DNA from: Macrostomum lignano
Taxonomy: Eukaryota
Length of the DNA stretch: 64,000 nucleotides
Assembly (NCBI GenBank): GCA_002269645.1
Contig: NIVC01000758.1
Coordinates: forward strand, 384,993-448,992
Reading direction: 5' to 3'
Shown here: positions 48,550 to 60,290 of the stretch, piece by piece
Layout: each line of letters begins with the position of its first letter
How positions within the stretch are numbered: the first letter of the stretch is position 1
Made by a program: the position numbers and the translations under genes
Notes under the pieces: generated by a model
What the model was told of the DNA's origin: nothing
Database searches by the model: none
The model's input: the letters and a program-made list of their open reading frames with translations, nothing else

Positions 48550-51500
48550 ATGCTTACACAATCATATCTGCTTCAAGAAACATATGTTGGCTCCAATGAA
48601 CCAACAGAATATGTTCTTACCAATCAGAAGCTGGTCACCAAAAGCAAAAAATTAAAGCTTGATAGCTTAGTTAGCACTGCTAAGGTAAGCTGTTAAACAA
48701 CTCAATCAATAATTCTCTGTTGTTTCAAATCCATTTGACTTCCTTGATTTCTGCAAAATTTAAGCAAATCCTACTTTAATTCTCCCTAATTCAGTAACCC
48801 AAGTCTAAGCCGATCCTTTTCTTATGCACCAAATCTCAGCAGCGTTCCACAACAAGCTCAAGCCAATTCCCGTAACCCGCCGCAGGACGTCTTCCTGCCG
48901 CAGGGCTACCCGGACTCGGTGTCCGCTGACTACCTGACCTACCAGATTTGGGACACCGCCCAGGCCTTCTGCAGCTCCCTTACCAGCGCCCTGGCCAGCC
49001 GGGCCGTCCTGACCGGCTACGGTGTCGGCGACCAGGGCGCATCGGTGGCGGCCGCCACCCTCGCCTGGCTGCTGCGCGACGGCTGCGGCATGGTGGGCCG
49101 CATCCTGTTCGCCTGGCTGTATGGCACCGCTCTGGACTGGGACTGCAAGCGCTACCGGCTGCTGGCGGATGTGCTGAACGACTTGGCCATCCTGATACAG
49201 CTGCTCTGCCCGCTGGCCGGGCCGCCCGGCTCGCCCGCTGTAGTCGCCGTCCTGTGCATCGCCTCCGTGACGCTAGCGCTGGTCACCGTCTGCGGCGGCG
49301 CCACCAGAGCCGCGTTTACTATGCACCAGGTGTGTTTACTATGCACCAGGTGTGTTTACTATGCACCAGGTGTGTTTACTATGCATCAGGTGTGTTTACT
49401 ATGCACCAGGTGTGTTTACTATGCATCAGGTGTGTTTACTATGCATCAGGTGTGTTTACTATGCACCAGGTGTGTTTACTGTGCACCAGGTGTGTTTACT
49501 ATGCACCAGGTGTGTTTACTATACATCAAGTGTGTTTACTATGCACCAGGTGTGTTTACTATGCACCAGGTGTGTTTACTATGCACCAGGTGTGTTTACT
49601 ATGCATCAGGTGTGTTTACTATGCACCAGGTGTGTTTACTATGCATCAGATGTGTTTACTATGCATCAGGTGTGTTTACTATGCACCAGGTGTGTTTACT
49701 ATGCATCAGGTGTGTTTACTATGCACCAGGTGTGTTTACTATGCACCAGGTGTGTTTACTATACATCAGGTGTGTTTACTATGCACCAGGTGTGTTTACT
49801 ATGCATCAGGTGTGTTTACTATGCACCAGGTGTGTTTACTATGCACCAGGTGTGTTTACTATGCACCAGGTGTGTTTACTATGCACCAGGTGTGTTTACC
49901 ATGCACCAGGTGTGTTTACTATGCACCAGGTGTGTTTACTATGCACCAGGTGTGTTTACTATACATCAAGTGTGTTTACTATGCACCAGGTGTGTTTACT
50001 ATGCACCAGGTGTGTTTACTATGCACCAGGTGTGTTTACTATGCACCAGGTGTGTTTACTATGCACCAGGTGTGTTTACTATGCACCAGGTGTGTTTACT
50101 ATGCACCAGGTGTGTTTACTATGCACCAGGTGTGTTTACTATGCAACAGGTGTGTTTACTATGCACCAGGTGTGTTTACTATACATCAGGTGTGTTTACT
50201 ATGCACCAGGTGTGTTTACTATGCACCAGGTGTGTTTACTATGCATCAGGTGTGTTTACTATGCACCAGGTGTGTTTACTATGCACCAGGTGTGTTTACT
50301 ATGCACCAGGTGTGTTTACTATGCACCAGGTGTGTTTACCATGCACCAGGTGTGTTTACTATGCACCAGGTGTGTTTACTATGCACCAGGTGTGTTTACT
50401 ATACATCAAGTGTGTTTACTATGCACCAGGTGTGTTTACTATGCACCAGGTGTGTTTACTATGCACCAGGTGTGTTTACTATGCACCAGGTGTGTTTACT
50501 ATGCACCAGGTGTGTTTACTATGCACCAGGTGTGTTTACTATGCACCAGGTGTGTTTACTATGCACCAGGTGTGTTTACTATGCAACAGGTGTGTTTACT
50601 ATGCACCAGGTGTGTTTACTATACATCAGGTGTGTTTACTATGCACCAGGTGTGTTTACTATGCACCAGGTGTGTTTACTATGCACCAGGTGTGTTTACT
50701 ATGCACCAGGTGTGTTTACTATACATCAGGTGTGTTTACTATGCATCAGGTGTGTTTACTATGCACCAGGTGTGTTTACTATGCATCAGGTGTGTTTACT
50801 ATGGGTGTGTCCGTAGCCAATGGGTTTCACAGGGACATTCACGAGATGTCGCGTCGAGGTGTCGTGGCGGTTTCGTGTCCCATGGTCGATAACTGGGTGG
50901 GGAATTAGAGTTAGCAGCCTAAGGCCAAGGAAGGAACTCAAGCCTCCCGGGGTGTCGGCCAGTCTGTTAAATACGCTGTCAGTTAGATACAATTATTGTA
51001 AAACAGGAGCCGGTAGGGTGCCTGCGATGTCAGCGAATGGTGGGAGGCATCGGCTTGAGAATTCTTCAACACGATTTAACATCTTAAGCCTGGTTCACAT
51101 TTCCGCAAATAGCTCCGTGCTTCAAACTAATAGCTGTTCGCCGCCGCTACCAGCTGATTGCGAACGCTACTATCCGTGCGCAGCTCTACTATCCGAAAGT
51201 CCGCCGCTCCTGGCGGACTCTAATAGTGATTTTATTTGGTTCTATTCATTAGAACTAGAAAGGAGAATATAACTTTCAATTTTATGCATGGCAAACGAAA
51301 CCGAAATGCACCCCATTCACATAAACACTCACAACTCCTTGCTTTGAGTTGTCCGCTTCTGCAGCATGGATGGCAGGGGTAGGCGTACAGTAAATTTAAA
51401 CGATTGTGTCATTGCTCACTGCTCACTGTACAATGAGTACAGACAATTTCTTGCGCAACCAGACAGGAGCACAGCTGGAGGCTATATGAAACGAATAGAA

Positions 51501-54500
51501 CCATGCTCTATTCTTCACCCCAAACTCCACACAACTTGATACCTGGAAATGTCCGACTTGTCACACGAGACTCCGGAGTTGGATCCAACTCTGATAGATG
51601 AAGTTGCCAAACATGAAGTTGTCTACAACATCTCAAGCCGAAAATTCAAGGATCAGCAGGCGAAAACCAGCGCATGGAATCAGATCGCTGAGACTTTGGG
51701 CAAGGATTCAACTTGGTGCCTCAAGCGGTTTCAAGGTCTCAAGCGTAACTAGTTTGTTTTCCGGCGTGGAAGCAAGCTTCCGAGTGGGAGTGCGGTCAAG
51801 CCTACTCCCAGGCGGTTGGGAATATACAGTCGCATGAACTTCCTGGACAAGTGTGACTACATTGGCGATACTACCTCAAATGTGCCTCCGCCCACACCAG
51901 AACTTGTAGCTGTGGGATCTGCTGGACCCTCTCAGCAGGCAACCTCGGTCAATGATGAGGCGCAACAGTCCAGTCGAGCAGAGGCACAGGCTGCAACAAC
52001 TGACCCCAGTGAGGCGTCAATGCGAGAGTTTGCGGAAAGTGCGCCAAAGAAGGCCAGAAAGGCAACTGCAACAGAAGCATCAAAGCTGGATACTGCCCTC
52101 AGCCAGTTGACTCAGCAACTGACAAAAGATGAGGACGAATATGCCTCCTTTGGCCAAGCAATTGGACAGGCCATCCGTCGGCTTCCAACGCAAATTGAGC
52201 GCGACTATGCCATGGCGCACCTGCGGAGCGAGTTGTTCACAATCCAACTCCACGGCCTGCCCCGAAGCGTTGCCATCCGAACTGAGCCTGCCGCTGATGC
52301 CGCTGCTGGATCAGCTTCCTTCGACGACATGCTCGCTCCATCATATCCACGGTCACACCTCCCAATGACTCCTAGAAGTGCGTGAGATAAAAGCGATAGA
52401 GTGCAATATTTTGCAAACTAGAAGCAAATCTTTTTTCCTTTTTCATGACCAGATTGCATTGTGCGTGTCAGAGAGCAAGTGCAGAGATCGAGAGAGACAG
52501 AAAATATAATGAAATCATAAATGAATATGTTGAAAATATTGTCTCCACAGTCTTGTCAATTTATTTACGAGTTTGGATTACTTTCTGTTGTAGCATTGTA
52601 CTTTCTCGCCGCCTTGTTTGAAATTTCCACAAAATTAGCTCATAAATTCACGTTCTGTATGCGAAATAAACATGCGGAATAAATTAATGATTCATCAACA
52701 GTATTATCGATTATCATCAGTAGGTACATGTATCATTGCGCTCTGCATGGAATGGCACCATTGGGGCTGACGAAGAAGTCCCTCAGCAGCATCTGTTGCT
52801 CCCGAGCGGAGGCGCTGCTTCGATTTCCACCCAGATTCCGGGCTGGCATTACCCCGACGCTGCCTGTCACGGTGGATCTCCATGAACCCTCCTGTACCTG
52901 GCCGGTGGGCAGTTCCTGGTCAACACTTCCAGGTGGCATGTAGGACCGAGCTGCTGTAATGTTGGCCTCGTCCTCTATTCGCATGAAGTTATGCAGTACG
53001 AATGCGCACCGAATAAAGGCCTCAACGTGATCGATTCTCGCTATGACAGGCCGCAGGAAGAGTCGCTAGCGAGTCACCAGGATTCCAAACGCATTCTCAA
53101 TTGTGCGTCTTGCTCGAGACAGCCGGTAGTTGAACACTTGCGTCTTGTAGTCCAATGGTACCATTCCGCCGCGCCCAGGGAATGGGCGCATGAGATAATT
53201 CTTCAGCGGGAAAGCCTCATCACCGACAATTGCAAATGGCATGACGAGGCTGCTGCCAGAAATGCAGGAAGGCTCCGGGACTTTCACCGATCCAGACTCC
53301 AATCCAGCGTACAAGGCTGAACGTGAGAAGACTCCAGCGTCTCCTCTCCCTGCGCTGCCACTCTCTATGTACGTGAAGATGTAGTTACTGTCGCACATGG
53401 CGAGTACCAGTGAGCTGAACTGTTGCTTGTAATTGAAGTACTGGGAGCCGGTGTTTCTTGGACAATGAACCTTGAAATGCTTGCCGTCAATTGCACCGAG
53501 GCAGTTCGGAAAATGCCACTTTTCCCAGAATCCACCAGCGATTGCTTTCCATTCTTCTGCAGATGCAGGAAACTTTAGATATGTTGACGCCAGCTTGTCG
53601 TAGATGGCAATCGCAGTCTCGAACGACCCCTGACACAGTAGAGCGTCCTCGGCCAAATCGAAACGACAAGTCGGCTTGGCTGCAACCCGAAGCCAGGTAG
53701 CAAAGCGTCATCATTAGCTTCTCCTCTGCCGGAACGGCCTCTCTTCTTGCACATGGCCTGGAGAGTTTGGTTGCAACCAGTGAAAGCAGATGCTCAAACC
53801 GAGCCGGGCGCATGCGCATATACTTGAAGTACATCTCCGAGTCTCTATCTCGCAGATGTGGGATCAATCCGGCAAACTCGCCAAGCTCTTCTCTTCGTTG
53901 ATGACTCGGTCTCCGCCACCATCGCCTAGGGCGGCGGCCTTGCCTGATCAGCCTACGATGTTGCAGTATCGTTACGATTGCCAGTAGCAGTAGCTTCTTG
54001 GCTCGTGAAAGCATGTTTGAAATCTGAAAGCTGGTCACGGCTTTCTGGTCAAGATTTCTTAGATTGAAAACGCCCTGTCCGAAGCACAGATAGGGCTAGC
54101 ACTAGACTGAATTACTTTATATACTCGTAACAGTGGCCAAGGGTCAAATATTGCCTATTATCTTCGCGGGTTAAATTGAACTGCATGGCGATGCATCTAT
54201 TTGAGGGCGATAGTAGCACCCGCTAGTAGTGGTCGCGCTGAGCTAGTAGATTTCTGAAAATCAGCTATTAGCTGTGAGCGTCAGCTATTTGCGGAAATGT
54301 GAACCAGGCTTTAGAGGTTATTGTCAAAAATTGCATTGTTCAAGCCTGCTACAATTACAATCTTAATCTTCAATTTTAATCTCCGGATTCGTCTCCTCAA
54401 TTCCCCAGGCCCGCCAGCACAACATGGCGGACGTGTCGGCGAAGGACGCATCCCAGGAGACGCTGGTGAACCTGGTGGGGCTGGTAGTCAACCTGACCTT

Positions 54501-55116
54501 CGTGCCGCTCATCACTGGCCCGGTGGCCGTCCCAGTCTTCATCATTTTCACCTCCGGTCATATATTTGGCAATTGGTGCGCTGTCCGCTCCGTTGCCATG
54601 GAAACGCTGAACCCCAGCCGGCTTCACCTGGTGGTTGTCAGCTTTGTGGCCAGTGGCGGCCGCGCCTGCTCCGGGGTCGCCGAGGTGAACCAGTCCGAGC
54701 CGCTGCTCCGCTCCTGCGCCGCGCCGCTCCGCCTCGGCTGCCCACTGAGCGCCCCTGCCGCCGCGCTGCCTGCCGACCGCCTCGTCGACGGCCTTCGCCA
54801 GCAGCGGCACCGGCGGCTCGCCGTCTTCACCGGAGCGTCGAGCTACTATGCGGTTCTGGCCGAGGACGCGACCTCCGCTGATCAGCTGCTGGCCGTCTTC
54901 CAGTGCGAGCTGATCCACCTGGCCAGGACCCGGCCGAAACTGTTTGACGCCGTCGGCGGCTGCTCCGAGCTTCGGGCTGGCGATGCGGCCGCTGCCGCCA
55001 CGGCCGAGCGGCTGATGCCGGACTTTCTGGGCGCGCTGTCAAAGGCAGGCTGGAGCACCGAGCCGCTGCTACTGGGCGCCGGGCAGCACCGCCTGACCTG
55101 GTCCAAGTCCTTCTAA
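48550..55116 (+). CDS. RUSF1: RUS family member 1 (DUF647/C16orf58)-like, copy 1, 3 exons, ~428 aa
   Basis: Exons 48550-48684, 48886-49329, 54409-55116, all phase 0. Motifs VFLPQGYPDSVSADYLTYQIWD, LRDGCGMVGRILFA, GGATRAA, MADVSAKDASQETLVNL, HIFGNWCAVRSVAMETLN. Confidence 0.9.
49315..50802 (+). repeat. 20-bp minisatellite made of the RUSF1 exon 2 / intron 2 junction (TTTACTATGCACCAG|GTGTG)
   Basis: About 74 units; the first unit is the true exon end and donor at 49329/49330. Confidence 0.97.
51549..52385 (+). pseudogene. Harbinger MADF/Myb-SANT DNA-binding protein with premature stop
   Basis: LIDEV…VVYN…KDQQAKTSAWNQIAETLG…WCLKRF (MADF-like). ORFs 51549-51752 and 51816-52385 share one frame, separated by TAG at 51750-51752. 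Confidence 0.8.
52733..54015 (-). pseudogene. Harbinger (HARBI1-like) DDE transposase with a frameshift and a nonsense codon
   Basis: LCYLASG…, FPNCLGAIDGKH, YFNYK, GDEAFPL, FNYRLSRARRTIENAFGIL. Frameshift near 53620 (probable GA dinucleotide loss); TAG at 53066-53068 where W is expected. Confidence 0.92.
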
Positions 55117-55224
55117 ACTGGCACAGCCCCACTGGCTCCCTATTTTGATTTACCACTGTATTGATGCGATGTTATTTGAGATCCCTTTTACATGCATCAC
55201 GATTTTCTGTCCAATGTGTAAGTC

Positions 55225-55480
55225 AGAAGATTTGGATTCCCCTGTCTTAGGATTGGAATTCCCTTATCGCAAGATTGGGATTCCCTATCGCAGGATTAGG
55301 ATTCCCTATCGCAGGATTGGGATTCCTCTATCGCAGGATTGGGATTCCCCTATCGCAGGATTGGGATTCCCCTATCGCAGGATTGTGATTCCCCTATGTC
55401 TTAGGATTGGAATTCCCTTATCGCAGGATTGGGATTCCCCTATCGCAGGATTAGGATTCCCGTCATGGGATTCCCAGTCT
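55225..55480 (+). repeat. 22-bp GGGATTCCCC-containing repeat 3' of RUSF1 copy 1
   Basis: Unit CGCAGGATTGGGATTCCCCTAT, about 10 copies. Confidence 0.88.
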
Positions 55481-55894
55481 CAAGCTTCCTACTCTAACTG
55501 TTAAATTCATACTCGTATCGCTTTTGATTTCGCACACAAGTGCGCATGGGATTCAAAAAATTACTACAAGGACTGTTAGAAAATTTATTGTTACTGTTAT
55601 TGCTGTTATTCACTATTATCGTTTTCGAGTTTCATTAATTATCAGAAAATTTTGTGCTGAATATTCTTATCGTTTTTACCATTTTTGCGTGAATATTACT
55701 TGAGCAGATTAGGAAATTTTTTAGTCCTAAATTTTGATTGTACAGCCACGCGCCTTACCATTTTACTGTTGGCTTTTGGATTTCCACCTTTTCTGACTGC
55801 CGCAACACAACAGCATTTGCTGCCTGCATGCTTTCTCTGCTGCAGATCTTTATTAAGTTCAGGAAGCTTTTCGTCTTGCTTTGTCGTGCTTAGA

Positions 55895-56562
55895 TAGACC
55901 TACAGGTAAATTAGGTAGAGCTGTAGGCAATCTAGGTAGAGCTGTAGGCAGTTTAGGTAGAGCTGTAGGCAGTTTAGGTAGAGCTGTAGGCAGTTTAGGT
56001 AGAACTGTAGGCAGTTTAGGTAGAGCTGTAGGCAGTTTAGATAGAGCTGTAGGCAGTTTAGGTAGAGCTGTAGGCAGTTTAGGTAGAGCTGTAGGCAGTT
56101 TAGGTAGAGCTGTAGGCAGTTTAGGTAGAACTGTAGTTACTTTAGGTAGAGCTGTAGGCAGTTTAGGTAGAGCTGTAGGCAGTTTAGATAGAGCTGTAGG
56201 CAGTTTAGGTAGAGCTGTAGGCAGTTTAGATAGAGCTGTAGGCAGTTTAGGTAGAGCTGTAGGCAGTTTAGGTAGAGCTGTAGGCAGTTTAGGTAGAGCT
56301 GTAGGCAGTTTAGGTAGAGCTGTAGGCAGTTTAGGTAGAGCTGTAGGCAGTTTAGGTAGAGCTGTAGGCAGTTTAGGTAGAGCTGTAGTTAGTTTAGGTA
56401 GAGCTGTAGTTAGTTTAGGTAGAGCTGTAGTTAGTTTAGGTAGAGCTGTAGTTAGTTTAGGTAGAGCTGTAGTTAGTTTAGGTAGAGCTGTAGTTAGTTT
56501 AGGTAGAGCTGTAGGCAGTTTAGGTAGAGCTGTAGGCAGTTTAGATAGAGTTGTAGGTAGTT
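55895..56562 (+). repeat. 21-bp minisatellite (GTAGAGCTGTAGGCAGTTTAG)
   Basis: About 31 units, ending ~165 bp upstream of the RUSF1 copy 2 ATG. Confidence 0.96.
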
Positions 56563-56727
56563 AATGATGTACAAATCATACTTGTAAATTTAAATTATAC
56601 TTGCTACCTGTGTTAGTATAAGTAGTATGCATTATAGCATATCAAAAAGTGGCTACAATTTTCAGCAAGCAATACTTGCATTCGAAGCTGATTCCCAGTG
56701 GCCTGGTAGATCCCTGCTGCAACTGCG

Positions 56728-59332
56728 ATGACTGCGGAGCCGCTGTTACTAAAGGAAGTTACTGACAGCTCCAGTGAAGCAACAGAATATGTTCTCACGC
56801 AGCAGAATTTGCTCATCAAAGGCAAAAAACGAAAGTTTGACGGCTTTGTTAGCACCGCCAAGGTACGAGATTAAGATTGCTGTTTGTAGTAGGCTGCTCT
56901 TCCCCCGAATCCCCTGATTCCAGTTTCTACCTGAGTTAATACCCTGTTCGCTGTTCTTAATATATTTCTGAGCTAATCCTCTGATCCCAATTTCCGCCTG
57001 AGCTAATCCTCTGATCCCAATTTCCACCTAAACTAATCCTCTGATCCCAGTTTCCACCTGAACAAATCCTCTGATCCCAGTTTCCACCTGAACAAATCCT
57101 CTGATCCCAGTTTCCACCTGAACAAATCCTCTGATCCCAGTTTCCACCTGAACAAATCCTCTGATCCCAGTTTCCACCTGAACAAATCCTCTGATCCCAG
57201 TTTCCACCTGAACAAATCCTCTGATCCCAGTTTCCACCTGAACAAATCTCTGATCCCAGTTTCCACCTGAACTAATCCTCTGATCCCAATTTCCACCTGA
57301 ACAAATCCTCTGATCCCAGTTTCCACCTGAACAAATCCTCTGATCCCAATTTCCACCTGAACAAATCCTCTGATCCCAATTTCCACCTGAACAAATCCTC
57401 TGATCCCAGTTTCCACCTGAACAAATCCTCTGATCCCAATTTCCACCTGAACATCCTCTGATCCCAATCTCCACCTGAGCTAATCCTCTGATCCCAATCT
57501 CCACCTGAGCTAATCCTCTGATCCCAACTTCCACGAGCTAATCCCTGATCCCTATTCCCAACTGAGCTAATTCTGGCCTTAATTCCAATCCACCTGATCA
57601 AGCCATCCTTGCCATCCACCAGGTCATCAGAGCGCAACCTCGTCTCTCCCTCATCCCGATCTTCAGGACGTCTTCCTGCCGCAGGGCTACCCGGACTCGG
57701 TGTCTGCGGACTACCTGACCTACCAGATGTGGGACACCGCCCAGGCCTTCTGCTCCTCTGTCACAGGCGCCCTGGCCGGCCGGGCCGTCCTGACCGGCTA
57801 CGGTGTCGGCGACCAGGGCGCCTCGGTGGCGGCCGCCACCCTCGCCTGGCTGCTGCGCGACGGCTGCGGCATGGTGGGCCGCATCCTGTTCGCCTGGCTG
57901 TACGGCACCGCTCTGGACTGGGACTGCAAGCGCTACCGGCTGCTGGCGGATGTGCTGAACGACTTGGCCATCCTGATGCAGCTGCTCTGCCCGCTGGCCG
58001 GGCCGCCCGGCTCGCCTACCGTGGCTGCCGTCCTGTGCGTCGCCTCCGTGCTGCTGTCGCTGGTTGGAGTTTGCGGCGGCGCCACCAGGGCGGCGCTCAC
58101 GATGCACCAGGTGTGCGCCCAGGGTGCTGGCTCTGATGACTGAAGATCTCAGATGGAGAAATTGACACATTTTCCTCGATTCCCGATAATCACCTGATCC
58201 CCTGATAAGAATCACCTGATCCCCTGATGAGAATCACCTGATCCCCTGATGAGAATCACATATCCCCTGATGAAAATCACCTGATCCCCTGATGAGAATC
58301 ACCTGATCCCCTGATGAGAATCATCTGATCCCCTGATGAGAATCACCTGATCCCCTGATGAGAATCGCCTGATCCCCTGATGAGAATCGCCTGATCCCCT
58401 GATGAGAATCACCTGATCCCCTGATGAGAATCGCCTGATCCCCTGATGAGAATCACCTGATCCCCTGATGAGAATCGCCTGATCCCCTGATGAGAATAGC
58501 CTGATCCCTTGATGAGAATCGCCTCATCCTATGATGAGAATCGCGAATAAATCTGTAAATTAATGTAGCGTAAAAATCGACCAGGTAAACTGCGGGCTCA
58601 CCCAAGTCCCCTCCCGCTCCCCAGGCGCGCAGGCACAACATGGCGGACGTGTCGGCTAAGGACTCATCCCAGGAGACGCTGGTGAACCTGTTCGCCCTGC
58701 TGTTCAATTTGGCCTTCGTGCCGCTCATCACTGGCGGAGCAGCCGTGCTCGCCTACCTGCTGTTCACCTTTGGCCACCTGTACTTTAATTGGCGCGCCGT
58801 CCGCTCCGTTGCCATGGAAACGCTGAACCCCAGCCGGCTTCACCTGGTGGTTGTCAGCTTCGTGGCCAGTGGCGGCCGCGCCTGCTCCGGGGTCGCCGAG
58901 GTGAACCAGTCCGAGCCGCTGCTCCGCTCCTGCGCCGCGCCGCTCCGCCTCGGCTGCCCACTGAGCGCCCCTGCCGCCGCGCTGCCTGCCGACCGCCTCG
59001 TCGACGGCCTTCGCCAGCAGCGGCACCGGCGGCTCGCCGTCTTCACCGGAGCGTCGAGCTACTATGTGGTTCTGGCCGAGGACGCGACCTCCGCTGATCA
59101 GCTGCTGGCCGTCTTCCAGTGCGAGCTGATCCACCTGGCCAGGACCCGGCCGAAACTGTTTGACGCCGTCGGCGGCTGCTCCGAGCTTCGGGCTGGCGAT
59201 GCGGCCGCTGCCGCCACGGCCGAGCGGCTGATGCCGGACTTTCTGGGCGCGCTGTCAAAGGCAGGCTGGAGCACCGAGCCGCTGCTACTGGGCGCCGGGC
59301 AGCACCGCCTTGTCTGGTCCAAGTCCGCTTGA
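56728..59332 (+). CDS. RUSF1: RUS family member 1 (DUF647)-like, copy 2, 3 exons, ~428 aa
   Basis: Exons 56728-56862, 57667-58110, 58625-59332; exon lengths (135, 444, 708) and phases identical to copy 1. Confidence 0.92.
56965..57560 (+). repeat. 30-bp minisatellite in RUSF1 copy 2 intron 1
   Basis: Unit CTGATCCCAGTTTCCACCTGAACAAATCCT, about 19 copies. Confidence 0.95.
58185..58545 (+). repeat. 22-bp minisatellite in RUSF1 copy 2 intron 2
   Basis: Unit ATCACCTGATCCCCTGATGAGA, about 15 copies. Confidence 0.94.
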
Positions 59333-59349
59333 GAGAGCGTGATTATGAT

Positions 59350-59600
59350 TCCTTGGGATTCATTGGGATTTCCCACTTCTGATTGGATTCCCCAACTCAG
59401 ATTGGGATTCCCCAACTCTGATTTCCTCAATTAGATTGGGATTTCCCAACTCAGATTGGATTCGCCAACTCAGATTTCCCCAACTCAGATTGGATTCCCC
59501 CGCTTCGATTGGGATTCCCTAACTTCGATAGGGATTCCCCAGCTTTGATTGGGATTCTTCAAATCAGATTAGGATTCCCCAACTTAAACTGGATTCTCGT
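59350..59600 (+). repeat. Degenerate GATTGGGATTCCCC repeat 3' of RUSF1 copy 2
   Basis: Direct inspection. Confidence 0.75.
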
Positions 59601-59924
59601 ATTTATTTATTAAATAGAAAAGCTGGGAATTCTGGGGTTTCGTCTAGTCATTTGTCTTTTTATGGGATTCGAATACTTTAGCTGTATAGCTTTGTTATTT
59701 GCTTTTACCGGCTTTGTGATCGCCTGAACTCATTGACTGAGAGCGTCACTGCTTACTGTTTTGCTGGCTCACACCGCTGCCAAAGTACATAGTAAACCTT
59801 GGGTGCAGCTCAATTTTCTGATTCGTTCATCGCATGTTTTTTATTCACTGTTTATTTGCTAGAAAGCCCTGCTAGAATTGCCCTCATTCCCCAATGAAAT
59901 CCTCCCAGTCCCCAGGAAAATCAC

Positions 59925-60290
59925 TTCTTGTACCCAGGAAAATCGCCCCCCCAGTTTTCAGGAAAATCGCCCCTGTCTTCAGGAAAATCGCCCCTGTCTT
60001 CAGGAAAATCGCCCCCTGTCTTCAGGAAAATCGTCCCCTGTCTTCAGGAAAATCGTCCCCTGTCTTCAGGAAAATCGTCCCCTGTCTTCAGGAAAATCGC
60101 CCCAGTCTTCAGGAAAAGCGCCCCCAGTCTTCAGGAAAAGCGCCCCCAGTCTTCAGGAAAAGCGCCCCCAGTCTTCAGGAAAAGCGCCCCCTGTCTTCAG
60201 GAAAAGCGCCCCCTGTCTTCAGGAAAATCGCCCCCAGTCCTCAAGAAAATCAGGAAAATCGCCTCCAGTCCTCAAGAAAATCGCCTCCAA
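59925..60290 (+). repeat. 21-22-bp minisatellite (CTTCAGGAAAATCGCCCCTGT)
   Basis: About 15 units. Confidence 0.92.

Larger units (their letters stand above)
51087..54310. mobile_element. PIF/Harbinger DNA transposon, 3224 bp, full length, both ORFs disabled
   Basis: Perfect 28-bp TIR AGCCTGGTTCACATTTCCGCAAATAGCT, TTA TSD on both sides, and two convergent ORFs. Lies in RUSF1 copy 1 intron 2. Confidence 0.95.

Noticed and set aside
48919-50908. 657-, 622- and 518-aa ORFs as single-exon genes
   Set aside because: Only 48886-49329 is supported as exon by the paralog; the rest is read-through of the donor array (kept as a finding, not a CDS).
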